Positions 1 to 12,129 of a stretch of 64,000 nt of DNA are shown here, piece after piece. The stretch's first letter is position 1; every line of letters starts with the position of its first letter. This stretch comes from Neoechinorhynchus agilis (Eukaryota; Animalia; Acanthocephala), in the NCBI GenBank assembly GCA_051530055.1, contig JBMGUZ010000008.1, positions 9,813-73,812 of the forward strand. Reading direction: 5' to 3'. A model generated the notes under the pieces. The model was not told the origin of the DNA. It ran no database searches and saw only the letters and a list, made by a program, of their open reading frames with translations. Both the position numbers and the translations under genes were made by a program.

Positions 1-1
1 A

Positions 2-400
2 CTGACACTGTGCAAAGCGATTGAGATCGCCAAGAGCGTTCAGTATGCGTTTGAAAGTATGGAGCGCTTCGGCGATCATAGTAGCGATCCTCTTAGATGC
101 ATGAAAGTACAAATCGACGAGAACGACCATAGAAACGATCCGTTTAAATGCAGGCGAATACGAACTGACGAATATGACGATAAATTGCAATCATTGAACG
201 CGATAAATAGAGAACATGATAGCAGGCTCGAAGAATTCAATCGTACGTCAGTTTGCTATTTTTGTGGGAGGAAACGACATCCTCACAAATTATGCCCTGC
301 CGCCGAAGTACAGTGCTATAAGTGTCAAAAACTCGGACACTTCGCGAGAATGTGTCGGTCAAAAAAGCTAACAACGCTAACTTGTCTTCGGTCTACTTAG
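2..400 (+). CDS. Gag C-terminal portion with two CCHC zinc knuckles
   Basis: The frame is open from base 2 (LTLCKAIEIAKSV...). CYFCGRKRHPHKLC and CYKCQKLGHFARMC both fit CX2CX4HX4C. Confidence 0.85.
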   Translation: MTLCKAIEIAKSVQYAFESMERFGDHSSDPLRCMKVQIDENDHRNDPFKCRRIRTDEYDDKLQSLNAINREHDSRLEEFNRTSVCYFCGRKRHPHKLCPAAEVQCYKCQKLGHFARMCRSKKLTTLTCLRST

Positions 401-3249
401 CTGCTACTAAAAAGGATAAGAGTTCGATAAAGGATTATTCTCTCATGATTCCGGTATTGATAGAAGATGTAACCTTCTCTGCTTTGCTTGATACTGGGAG
501 TTCCCTCAATTTCATCGATTTTAATGCTATCGAGAAGCTACAGTTATCTATGGAACCGTCCTACTCAAACGTTTCGTTAGCCTCTGGTAACACTACAAGG
601 AGAACTCTGGGCAAGGTTAGGGCCGATATTCGATACGACGGAACGATGTACAGTCGCGTGGAACTATACGTGTTGACTGATCTTTGCAGCGACGTAGTTC
701 TTGGATTGTCGTTTTTAAGACTGCACAGAGAGTTCCGCTTGAGAATGTCAGGCAGTGAGTCGCCAATCGAACTGAATCTAGCTGCGTTACTTATTCCTGT
801 ACTTGATCAAGAGTCGACAACAAAATCTGATTTTGCGCCTTGTTTGTTTAATAATCTTTCCGCCGACTGTAAACCGATCGCAACTCGATCCCGATGCTAC
901 AATCAACGCGACATCATCTTTATCAAATCCGAGATCGATCGTATGCTTAAAGATGGTATAATCGAAAAATCCGATTCACCATGGAGGGCACATGTCCTCG
1001 TGGTTAACAACGAAAATGGAAAAAAGATACTCGTTGTAGACTTTAGCCAAACTATTAACAAATTCACTTATCTAGATGCTTACCCTCTTCCACGTATCGA
1101 AACGATCGTCAACAGAATAGCAACAAATAAGGTGTTTAGCCGGTTAGACTTAAAAGATGCATATTATCAAGTATCAATTTCCCCTCATGAGAGAGATTAT
1201 ACCTCTTTTGAAGCATGCGGTGAGCTCTACCGCTTTACAAAAATCCCGATGGGCGTTACCAGTGGGGTATCCGCATTTCAGAGGTATATGAATAATATCA
1301 TCGAAGCTAACAATTTATAAAATACGTATGCATATCTCGACGATGTCATTATTTGCGGACAAATGAAGAGCGAGCTTGATAAAAACTTACGACAATTTCG
1401 AGATATTGCTGCCAAGAAAGGATTAAAATTCAATAACGATAAAAGCGTATATGGGGTAGAACGAATTCTGGTACTTGGTTACGAAATTGGTAACGGCCAA
1501 CTAAGACCGGACCCAAATCGTCTCAAGTCTCTAAATGACATAGTACTACCCACCAACAAAGCATCTCTACAACGCCTGGTGGGATTTTTTGCCTATTATA
1601 GTAAATGGATCCCGAACTACTCTAAAAGGATTCACCCGCTGGTGTGCAAAAATTTGGATTTCCCTCTATGCGAACAAACTGCAATATTGATTGATACCTT
1701 GAAAAAAGACATCAAAAACGCTGTCATGCATAGCATAGATGAGGATAAGCAATTCGTACTCGAAGCTGATGCTTCCGAAAAAGCAATTGGAGCCGCTCTT
1801 TTCCAGGATGGGCTACCTGTCGCATTTTTTTCCAAAACACTGAATAAACATGAAAAACGATATCACATAGTGGAAAAGGAGGCATACGCACTTATCGAGG
1901 CAATAAAACATTGGCGGTACTACTTAGCTATCCGTCCGTTCGTCGTGATTACGGATCAAAGATCAGTATCCTTTATGCTCAATCAAAAACATTCAAAAAA
2001 GATTAGAAACGAACGCATATTACGATGGAGGCTGGAACTTTCAAGTTATACTTATACACTAAAGTATCGAGCTGGAGCTTCTAATCTAGCTGCGGATGTA
2101 CTATCACGCGATTCATGTGCGAGCGTATCCTCTATTCAGACTCAGATCCACGAAGTTCACCGAAAATTAGGACATCCAGGTGTCACCAGGATGCTCCACT
2201 ACATCAAAAAAAATAATCTTCCTTATTCTACGGAGGAAATAAGAAAAGTAACGGCATCTTGTTCGGTATGCTGCCGAATAAAACCAAGATTTTTCAAATC
2301 TTCTGATCTACATTTGATCAAAGCCACCAAACCATTCGAACGAATATCTGTGGACTTCAAAAGTCCATTACCGTCCACAGCAAGCGGTCCGCGGTATTTA
2401 TTAGTCGCCGTAGACGAATATTCGCGGTTCCCAATCGCATTTGCTTGCACAGACTGCTCAACTGAAACTGTTAAATTATGTCTATCACGAATCTTTGCAA
2501 TTTTCGGATGTCCTGATTACGTCCACTCTGACCGCGGAGCTTCTTTCACCTGCAAGGATATTCGAGAATGGCTAAATGTACAGAACGTTTGCCTCAGTCA
2601 CACGACTGCGTTCCACGCGCAAGGCAACGGTCAGTGTGTACGCTACAATGAAACAGTGTGGAAAACCATCCAGCTCTTGCTTGCAGATCAAGATCTTCCT
2701 TTAAATAAATGGCCCCAGGTCCTCCATGAGGCACTTTCGAAAATACGAACACTTCTCTGCACCAGTACGGGGCAAACGCCCCATGAACGAATATTCAATT
2801 ATCAAAGAAGGAGTATGACATCCCGGCCACCACCAAGTTGGATTGTATCAAGTGATAAGGCATACCTCAAGAATCTCAACAGAAAGTCCAAGTACGAGAA
2901 TGAAGTGGATGAAGTAACTCTAATAAGTGGAGGCGAAAAGCATTCGTTGATCCAATACGCTGATGGACGACAAGGCGTCGTTTCAACCCAACGTCTAGCC
3001 CCGTATGGGTCGGATATCGCTTAAACGACTGGTGATGACGTGCTTCAATCTCAAACTACTGAATCAAGATCTAAGCACAATAGTACTGAAATATCAGAAC
3101 GCGGCACTCAGGATGACTATACTGGATTGGATTCGGATTCTAGTCGAATGGGCTCGAAGTATATAATGGAAGACGGGCGAGAAGTCAGACGGTCTTGCCG
3201 GAGACCAGGGAAACAATCGAACACGATGGAAGATTGTGATATCGATTAG
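361..3249 (+). pseudogene. Gypsy pol (protease-RT-RNaseH-integrase), inactivated
   Basis: ORFs 322-1320, 1363-3024 and 3040-3249 share one frame, broken by TAA at 1318-1320 (immediately before NTYAYLDD) and TAA at 3022-3024. The integrase reads GNGQCVRYN where GNGQCERYN is expected, so the catalytic Glu appears lost. Confidence 0.88.
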
Positions 3250-3369
3250 TTTCGACTACATCATAAATGTAATTATATTATCGATTACTAACCGTTGTCG
3301 TTCGTTGTACCATGAAACGCTTTCGCGGTTCCGTTAGCTAAATAAAACCACGTTTTCGGTTCTACAACA
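3235..3369 (+). repeat. Candidate short (~135 bp) 3' LTR
   Basis: Begins TGTG and ends ACAACA (TG...CA), contains AATAAA near 3341, follows the pol tail and a short purine run (GGAAGA), and is followed by unrelated CRE sequence. The partner LTR is not in the window. Confidence 0.5.
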
Positions 3370-4188
3370 GGTACTTTGTGCTAGAGTACCATCTGACGAG
3401 TCCCTTGCTACCCTCATCAAAAAGCGGGTGTCCTTCGACAATTCGTTTGGAGAGGTCATACGCAAAGCTCGCGTTTTAGGGGAGATTTTTCAAAGCCACC
3501 GAATCAGAGCCGAGTTTCAACCCGTTCAATGAACCAGAGAGTGGCTTCTAAACTCGCCGATGGTGATGTGAGAGGCGTGGTTCGCATTCTATCATCCACC
3601 AACGAATTTGCAAGCGATGATACGAAAACTCTCCAACTTCTCAGCGAGAAACATCCTCGACCCTCTGGTCATCTAGAATATTCGGCGATGATCCCTTCGG
3701 GCACCCCGTTAGAATTTTCGGTTGATGTTGTTAAGATAGCCGTTTCTTCGTTCGCAAATGGGTCAGCACGTGGACTCGACGAGCTTCGGCCTCAACACCT
3801 AAAGGACATGATGTCCTTTTCCGTAGGTGATCCATCCCATGTTCTGCTGAACGCCTTGACTCGGCTAGTCTGCGTTTTCTCTGGAGACAACTTGTCCCCC
3901 AAAGCAATCGATTTTTTTTGGCGCTTCCCTCTGCGCTTTAGAAAGAAGGACGGTGGGATTCGTCCCATCGCCGTCGGCTCTACATTGAGACGACTAGCAG
4001 GGAAAGTGATTTCTGGACGAGTATCAGAAGGTGTTGCTGAAATTCTTCGTCCAGTTCAACTAAGTTGCTGCACACCTTGTGGGGCAGAAGCCATAGTCCA
4101 TACACTCCGTACATTTGTTATTGAGAATGTCAAACCGTGTGTGATCCTAAAATTAGATTTCCGCAACGCCTTCAATTCCGTTAATCGC
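3370..4188 (+). mobile_element. CRE-type (RLE-class) non-LTR retrotransposon copy 1, N-terminal RT part
   Basis: RVASKLADGDVRG, LDELRPQHLKD, KKDGGIRPIAVG and LKLDFRNAFNS motifs, colinear with the ORF at 7234. Confidence 0.85.
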
Positions 4189-4237
4189 ATGTAATGTATG
4201 TAATGTAATGTATGCAACGGTACTTTCCTACGTTGCA
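4189..4237 (-). other. RTE 3' end: 7-bp stem-loop followed by a microsatellite tail
   Basis: tgcaacg (4213-4219) and cgttgca (4231-4237) are perfect inverted repeats. The tail catacattacattacatacattacat on the minus strand follows immediately. Confidence 0.65.
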
Positions 4238-6112
4238 CCGTAGATATAAGCCCGTCAAATAGAATTGGACTCCGCAAGGGATCTAAAATACACGACAGCA
4301 GTCCTGTTATGCGGGCAGTTCGCGTCTCTTAAAATCAGGTCATCGTATGTACGACAGTTCCCTTTGCCTTTAAGATACAATGTCGTTGGCTTCCAGAAAA
4401 GGAACTGTTGCACGACCTGTGGGCAAGATGCCTCGGGCGGAATTATATTGCCGGTGAACTGCAGTCGTCTGCGGCGCAAATATTCACTGGGCGGTTGGAC
4501 TCCGGCTCTCTTATACAGTGCTTTGTTGGTCACTTTATCTGACCATCTGACCTTGAACGCCGCGCGTAAGAGAGATGAATGATTTTGGTCGAACTGCCTC
4601 GTCGCCGTTAGTGACAGTGTCCAGGTCTCTGCATTGAAGTAGAGAATGCTCTCAATTAGAGCCCTGAGCAGCTGCGAACGGACTGTCAAACAGTGGTTTA
4701 AGTTGCCCCATTGCTCTCCAAGCTATAGCTCTCCGTCGGCCGACATCCGCACTCGCCTCAGGAACGACAGCTCCCAGATAGACATACCGCTCTATCTGTT
4801 TTAATTGCCCAACGCCATTCGGCCCTTCGCCAGAGACTGTATGCGCGACATGCGGAATCGTCAAGAATTCCGTTTTTTTTCGAGTTGATGGTCAGACCAA
4901 TCATACTCGCCCTCTCGCACAGTCTATTTAGCTTGCGTTGAGCTCCTTCGACTGTTGAGGACATCAATACAATGTCGTCGGCATATGCCATGTAGGAGGC
5001 GCGTATCTCAGGATACCTGCGACCTCTTTTCCTCAACAGAAAAAATCCATCTTCATCATTCGGTAGTGCCCATCTCATTACCCAATCAAGCACCAAGATG
5101 AAGAGGAAAGGAGCCAATGTGTCGCCCTGCAGAACACCTGAAGTGGTGGAGAAGTATTTTGTCAAACCGTCAGCTGTCTTTACGGCGGACCTTGTGTTTT
5201 TATATAATGCCATAACGGATGTGACAATGATCAGTGGCACTCCATACTCCTTTAAGATACCGCCAATCATCGTTCGATTTACCGAATCGAAAGCTCGACG
5301 GAAATCAACAAATACCAGCGTCACATCCGTTTGATGAATTCGTGCCTACTCGAGGATCCTCCTCAAAGCCAATATGTGTTCTGTGGCGTCTCGACCTTTC
5401 TTGAAGCCGTTCTGTTCAATTCTTAGAAACGGTTCGAGGATTGGCTGAATTCGGCGTCTCAAAATGATGCTGAAAAGTTTTGCCGTGCTGGACATCAAGA
5501 ATATACCTCTGTAGTCCTCCACCTTTGTCGAGCAGCATTTCTTGGGGATCATTGTTAAATGCGCCGTTTGCTAAATTTGAGGTACTGAGCCACCATTCAT
5601 TATGCCATTCATTATCGGTATGATCTTTCCGGCAATAGATTCAAACCTCAGTACCTCTGCCATTATCCCACCTGGGCCTGATGCACGTCCCGCACGCATC
5701 ATTTTCACCGCAGCGATCGCTTTCTTCACGGAAACCGGTCCAGTGAAGTATGCCTCAGTGCTTGGGACGATTGTGCCTTTTGGAAGTGCAGGACTCACTT
5801 CCAAAGACGATAATGGCGAATTGAGAATTTCCGCAAAATAATTTGCGATTCTCGTTTTTCTGATTTCCGGGGAGGGACCTTCAATCAAAGTTGGCTGTCT
5901 TTGGGGTCTTCCTGTGAGAGTGTTTATCGCTCTCCATGCTAAGGAGGTACGAACAAAACCTTCCTTATATGCGATCCCGCGAACTGCATCCCCTATCGAT
6001 GCCTTTTGCTTTTCATTATGGAGGTTGGCAAGTTCACGACTTTCAATGCGAGCCTCGAGCTGCGACCCCTCTTGTATTCAACGATCAAATCATTCCTTCC
6101 GAAACATGCGTT
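4189..6112 (-). mobile_element. 5'-truncated, frameshifted RTE-clade LINE inserted into CRE copy 1
   Basis: Minus-strand ORF pieces give GRASGPGGI, YRGIFLMS, QNGFKKGR..EHILALRRILE, FVDFRRAFDSV, GVLQGDTLAPFLF and YADD. There is a (CATTA/CATA)n 3' tail at 4189-4214. Confidence 0.9.
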
Positions 6113-7157
6113 TAACAGGGAGACCCATTAGGTTCCATTGGTTTCGCGCCCACAGTGAACGAATTAGCGCCTTCTCTTGATGCGGAATTCAATGATTGGT
6201 ACCTGGACGATGCTACGCTGGGAGGCGATCTCCAGGTAGTTCTTCGTGACCTGGAGAAAATCAAGATGGGGGCAAGCAAGCTGGGCATTGAATTTAACAC
6301 AGAAAAGTGCGAAATTCTATTCCGTAACATAGAGAGGGGTGCTGCAAAAGACGTAATAAAGCGCCACTTTGAAAATGTTGCACCCAGGACAGAAATAATC
6401 GACCTAGACCGGCTTAAGCTTTTGGGCAGTTGCGTCTTTGATGGGAATGTAGAACACGAAATTAACAGCCTTCTAAAGAAATTATCGGTGTTTTGTGATA
6501 GGGTCTGTGAGCTTGGATCACACGAGGCTCTGTTCTTGATAAAGAACACCCTCTTCATCACCAACTTCCTTTATGCTCTACGCATTGCGCCGCCTTTCTA
6601 GCACAAGGTTCAGCTTGGCAAGCTAGATGACAGATTGAAGGACTGTCTCGAGCAAGTTTTAAATGTCCAGCTGCCAGAAGAGGCATGGCGACAAGCATCC
6701 TTGCCTGTATCTTCTTGCGGGTTGGGCATCCGGAAAACAGCAGACATATCCCTGCCCACATTTTTAGGCTCCGATGAGGGAAGCAGAAGCGCAGTTCAGC
6801 GCATTTTGAAAGATACGTATCGTATTGATAGGCATTTTGAAAAGGGAATCAGTGAGTGGTGTACACTGACCAACTCCGGTCAAGTACCTGTGAATGGCCT
6901 AAAACATTCTATGTGGGATCGACCTCTCGTCGCAAGAGTTCAAAGCTCTCTTATCAGACTCAAGCGATGACGTTGTCCGTGTCAGGTTGTTGGTAGTCTC
7001 CACTAGAGAATCAGGTGCTTGGTTGAACGAGGTCCCTCTGGCATCCGTGGGCATTCTCCTCTCCGACGAGGCAGTACGGGTCGGAGTTTCAATGAGACTA
7101 GGACTACCGACGTGTCATCCCCACGGTTGCGGTGCAAATGTGGATTCGTCGGGACGT
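6113..7157 (+). mobile_element. CRE copy 1, resumed RT core and C-terminal part, truncated in the CCHC region
   Basis: QGDPLGSIGF, WYLDDATLGG, WRQASLPV..GLGIR, SGAWLN and C..H..CG motifs. In-frame TAG at 6599-6601 and a frameshift near 6965. Confidence 0.85.
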
Positions 7158-7233
7158 CGGGTAAAATTTCAATCATTGAACATATCTGTCCAAGAATGTT
7201 CATATAACGTTTTAACGTTGCGTTAAGGCAGCA

Positions 7234-9213
7234 ATGTCACATTCCTTGTTCACGAGAATGACGGAATCCTCAGCGACTCCCGAAAATTCGTCTAGCAAAA
7301 GCCGTAAACAAGGCACAGTTCGGCCACTGGGTCAACGCGTATCGGCGAAGCTAGCAGACGGGGATGTTCGCGGTGCGGTTCGGCTTCTAGCCTCAACTGA
7401 TGATTTTGCGCCAAACCATGGCACAACTTTTGAGGCACTATTAAAGTTGCATCCGTCATCGGAGTCAAACTCCACCAATTTTACACCAACTGCTCAGGCT
7501 TTCCGAGCAAATAGTTTAGAAATAAGGAAAGCTGTGCCTTCCTTCGCCAATGGCTCAGGACACGGGCCGGATGGCTTGCGTCCACAGCACCTCAAAGACA
7601 TGATGTCTTTTTCTACAAGTGCTTCGGGAATAGCCCTCGGAACTGCTTTGCTTAAAATAGTTGATATTTTCATCGAGGGCTCCATTGGCAATTTGGCTAC
7701 ACATCTTTTCTTCGGCGCCTCTTTGTGTGCTTTGTCCAAGAAAGGTGGTGGAATTCGTCCCATCGCCATTGGCTGCATTTTGCGTAGGTTAGCCACTAAA
7801 GTTTTATACAGGAGAATCTCCGATAAAACGGGAGAATTTTTAAGACCCTGTCAGTTAGGTTGCTGCACTCCTTGTGGAGTTGAAGCGGTCGTGCATGCTC
7901 TGCGAAAATTTATCCCCCAAAGAACAAAGCCAACAGCAATTCTGAAAATAGATTTTAAAAATGCTTTCAATACCTTAAAAAGGGAAATAATGTTAAAAGC
8001 AATTGAGGATGTCGTCCCAGAGGCTTACCCCTATTTCTGGAGAGCATATGCTAAACATACGCCACTGCTGTACAACGACAAAGTAATTTGGTCGCAGAGC
8101 GGTGTACAACAGGGAGATCCACTCGGCCCCATAGGTTTCTCCGTCGCAGTAAATGATCTTGTCCATTCAATGGTTTCTTCTTTCAACGCTTGGTACTTGG
8201 ACGATGCCACACTCGGTGGCGATCCAAGTGTAGTTTTGAGCGACCTTCAAAGGATCGTGAATGAAGCTGACCGCTTGGGAATAGAAATAAATCCCCAAAA
8301 ATGCGAACTTCTCATCCTGAACCCAACTGAAAACGAGCGCTCTCAAATCTCTAGCGATTTTGAATCAGTTGCTCCTGGTCTAGGTTTGATCACCCTTGAC
8401 CAGCTCACACTCCTCGGGAGCTGGGTTCTTGCTGAGAATGTTGCGAAGGACCTGCGCGCACAAATCCCGAAAATGGAGTTGCTCTGCGGCCGAACTTCTG
8501 AGCTTTCGGCTCATGAGAGTCTCTTCTTGATCAAGAATTGCCTCTATATGCCAAAATTGCTTCATAAGCTAAGAGTAGCTCCATGTTTCGGAGAAGACAA
8601 ATTGTTAGGAGAGCTCGACGGGGTAATTCGTAAGCAGCTGGGACATATATTGAATGTCAAATTTTCTGACACAGGTTGGCGACAGGCCACTTTTCCCACG
8701 GCTTATGGTGGTTTTGGAGTTCGCACCACTTCAGACGTCGCTTTACCTGCCTTCCTCTCCTCTTACCGGACAGGTAAAGTCTATGTCGATGCTATTTTAG
8801 GCACATCAGTGAAGGATTTGATCTTTGCCCCGGGATTATCTCAATGGCATCAATTGACAGGCATCAACCAGCTCCCCGCAAATGAGTGCAAACAGTCGTC
8901 TTGGGACATTCCTCTTGTTCAGAAGATTCACAACTCTTTCAAAGATCTTCTGGATGAAGTGCCTCAGGTCCAGCTGGTAGCCTGTTCCACGAAGGAGTCG
9001 GGAGCGTGGTTGAATGCTCTCCCTGTAGGGAAACTTGAAATTCTCCTTGCTGACTCAGTCGTCAGGATCGCAGTATCCTTGAGATTAGGCCTACCGATTT
9101 GCATCCCTCATCGCTGCCGCTGCGGCACTATAGTGGACGCTTCGGGGAGACACGGTCTCATATGCAAGACGTCATCGGGACGATTTCCAAGGCATGCTGA
9201 AATCAATGCCATC
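7234..9213 (+). mobile_element. CRE-type non-LTR retrotransposon copy 2: uninterrupted RT ORF lacking the RLE nuclease end
   Basis: About 660 open codons with GPDGLRPQHLKD, DFKNAFN, GVQQGDPLGP, WYLDD, SGAWLNALP and HRCRCG..VD..G.HGLIC..RHAEIN. The ORF then runs into unrelated sequence. Confidence 0.9.
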
Positions 9214-9284
9214 TGTTTGAAGAAGGTCTACTTAAATTTGGCCGTAATTTCAGCAAGATTCGATCATCTCTTCTTCCTTACAAA

Positions 9285-11480
9285 TCAACTAGCGATCTCG
9301 TTGAACTTTACTATGGATACAAGTCCACCGATAGATACATGAGAGCAAGTCGAATCGTTTTGCGGTTGGAATTCCCTGATTTGCGTTCTTGCATCGTGTT
9401 CCATTTTTTGTACGCTTCTCCTTCGTGTCACTGTCGACTTAAGTGTTGGACGGATCCGGTCGGATACTGTTGTCAACCTCCGCCCGAAAATCACCTCAGC
9501 TGGTGCTTTTTGAATGCTATTCTGCGGCGTGTTTCGATAGCTCATTAAGAACTGTTCGATCGATATGGAACTTTTGTAACGATCACCCGAAATCCGGACT
9601 CGCCTCTTAAATGTGCATATAAATCTTTCGACCAACCAATTGGTTTGGGGTTGATAAGACGATGTGCGGATGTGTTCGATTCCATTCGCTGCACAGAATC
9701 GCTGGAATTCCGTCGACTGGAACGGCGGTCCGTTATCTGAGCAAACATCCTCCTGGTTTTATTGATTGTTTCGTTTGCTGCAGTGGAGTTAACGGGCATA
9801 ATCTCCGTCTAGTGACTGAATGCATCAATCAAAACAAGGAAGAGTTGTCCCCGAATCGGACCAACAAAAATCCATGAGGATCCTTTCCCAGATTTGTTCA
9901 GGAATATTCCACTGGTATAACGGAGCTTCAGGTACCTTCGGTCGTTTGGTCTGGCAGTCTAAACATACCCTAACCTTATGTTCGGTGTCTTCACGTATTG
10001 ATGGCTATCAACAATAAAAACGCGAAATATCCCTCATGGCCGCTATTCCCGGATATCCAGAGTGTAACACATTGAGCGCTGTACTTCTGAGGCTTTAAGG
10101 AATCACGAGATGCTGTAGCCACAACAAGATTTCGTCCACGACCGAAAGATCTTGTCGTCGCGAAGAATATGTGCTGAGTTCATGCGGAATCGTTGATGGC
10201 CAGCCAATCGAAAGATATCGCCTAGCAGTTCATAATTCCGTGTCCGATTCCGTCGCTTTTCGAATTTCGTCGAACATGAATCCCATATTCGTCACGGTAT
10301 GCTCTTGAATTAAGTGAACTTCGATTTCGTCGTTCGTCGTGGTGTCTGATGTCAATCTAGAGAGGGTGTCGGCCAGTTGATTCTCTTCTCCTATAGTAAA
10401 CTCTAGCACGTAGTCGTATTGTGGTAGTTTTATTCCCCATCGGATCAATCTTTGATTTGTCATCTTTGACAAGTTCCGATTTGTTCCGAAGACGTACTTC
10501 AGTGGTTTATGGTCGCTTTACAGGACGAACTTGCGACCTGCCAGATACTGATGGAATCTCCGAAACGCAAAGATTATCGCCAAACCTTTCTTTCTATTTG
10601 AGATAAATTGATTTCTGGCCCCTTTAGTGTTCGCGATGCATACGCTACTGGAAATGGTCTGCCATCATTTTGTATCTGCATAAGAACAGTTCCAAGGCCT
10701 TCTTCACTTGCGTCAGAGCACAATCGAGTTTCCCTTTTTAGATCGAAAGTCTTAAGAACTTGAGCGTTCATCAACGATTCACTCACTTTTTGGAAAGCTT
10801 CCTCCTGCTTCGTGCCCCACTCCCATTTTTTCCTTGTTTGTTAATTCGTGCAATTGTTGGCATTTGGGTTGCAATCCTGGAATGAACATTTGCAAAAAAT
10901 TTGTCGTTTCCAAAAATGACCTGTGCTCTCCTTTATTACGTGGTCGGAGAACTGCTAAAACATCTTTGATTTTTTGTTGCACTTGGTCGTACATTATCTC
11001 GGTGTAGTTCGTGGCCCAGGAATTCAATTCAATCCTGTAAGAAGACACATTTTCTCGATTCAACTTTAATCCCACTTCCTGTAATCTGTGCAGTACCTCG
11101 GATAAATTCGAGAGATGGTCTCTTTGTGTTTTTTCAGTGATCAGTACGTCGTCCAAGTATACTGCAACTTCTGGAATTCCCCGCAGGAGATCGTCCAATA
11201 TTGTTGAAAGATAAACGGTGCCGAGCTTATGCCGAAAGGCAATCGCTTAAAATATGGCCTTGATTCGGGACTTACAGGCAGTTGCAGATATGCCTCTTTT
11301 AGGTCGTTCCAGGAATAAACCTCGCCACCCGCTATTTTACTCATTATTTCGTCCCATGTTGGTAGCGAATAACTGTCGGCTCCGAGATACTGATTGATAG
11401 TGACCCCAAATTCACCGCAAATTCTAATATCCCCGTTGGCTTTGGTGGCCACAACGATCAGCGGCACAATATTGTGCCGA
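9285..11480 (-). mobile_element. Degenerate second Ty3/gypsy element (RT-RH-IN)
   Basis: Frameshifted minus-strand pieces: GDIRICGEF..TIN, DLKEAYLQ, RLPFGISSAP, AVYLDDVLIT, LCSDASEEGLG..PVAYASRTL, RLIRWG..L.QYDY, WERILMDF, SDNGPPF and SYQPQTN.LVERF. Confidence 0.9.
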
Positions 11481-11699
11481 AATATCGGAACTAATAAATG
11501 TTTTTAATTTTTACTACTCAAAGAAGAGTACACGATAAACTATCGAAGTGGCACTAAAAGTCATTGTTGCACTTGGAAGAGAAAAAGACTGAAAAGTGAG
11601 TGTATACTTGTAGTAAATGTAAGTCCTGATTTATACGAGTTCAAAACACTGATGATTGATGAAGATAACATAGGTGGACATTTTTAAAATTAGGTTCCC

Positions 11700-11943
11700 A
11701 TCAGAAAGCAATACAACTGCTGGGAAACTTAATGCCTAGTTATTTTCATCGATCTGGGACTATTTTGCAATTCATTTTTCTAAATAAAGATTTTTAGTGG
11801 CAGCGACTAACTGCGATTTGAGAGTAACATGGTACTTTGCCTTTCCCATTTGTGATTCGTCGATAAATTCGTTCATAGGCGGCAGCAACAATTCCATAAG
11901 GAAGATGGCAATAAGTTTCCCAGCAGTTGTACTGCTTTCTGAT
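11700..11943. repeat. 37-bp inverted repeat pair with a 170-bp spacer
   Basis: 11700-11736 atcagaaagcaatacaactgctgggaaacttaatgcc versus the reverse complement of 11907-11943, atcagaaagcagtacaactgctgggaaacttattgcc: 35/37 identical. Confidence 0.85.
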
Positions 11944-12129
11944 TTAAATCATGAAAAATGTATTATAAACCAGAATAACTTAAATATCAGTCAATCTCTT
12001 TAATCGAGAAAATTAGTCGGAAAGATTCACAAAAACGGATGAAAATGTTAGTGAAATATGAAAATGCTTGCAGTTCTAATTTAACGAGAATAATATAAAT
12101 GAGGATTTGGACGAAAATAGTAACTCTGG

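Larger units (their letters stand above)
1..3369 (+). mobile_element. Ty3/gypsy LTR retrotransposon, 3' part (gag end, PR-RT-RH-IN, candidate 3' LTR); 5' end lies outside the window
   Basis: Domain order is zinc knuckles, protease (ALLDTGS), RT (DLKDAYYQ, AYLDD), RNase H (EADAS, EKEAYA, ITDQ), HHCC integrase (H..LGHPG..C..C) and DDE core (VDFK, HSDRG). Integrase after RNase H is the gypsy order. Confidence 0.95.
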
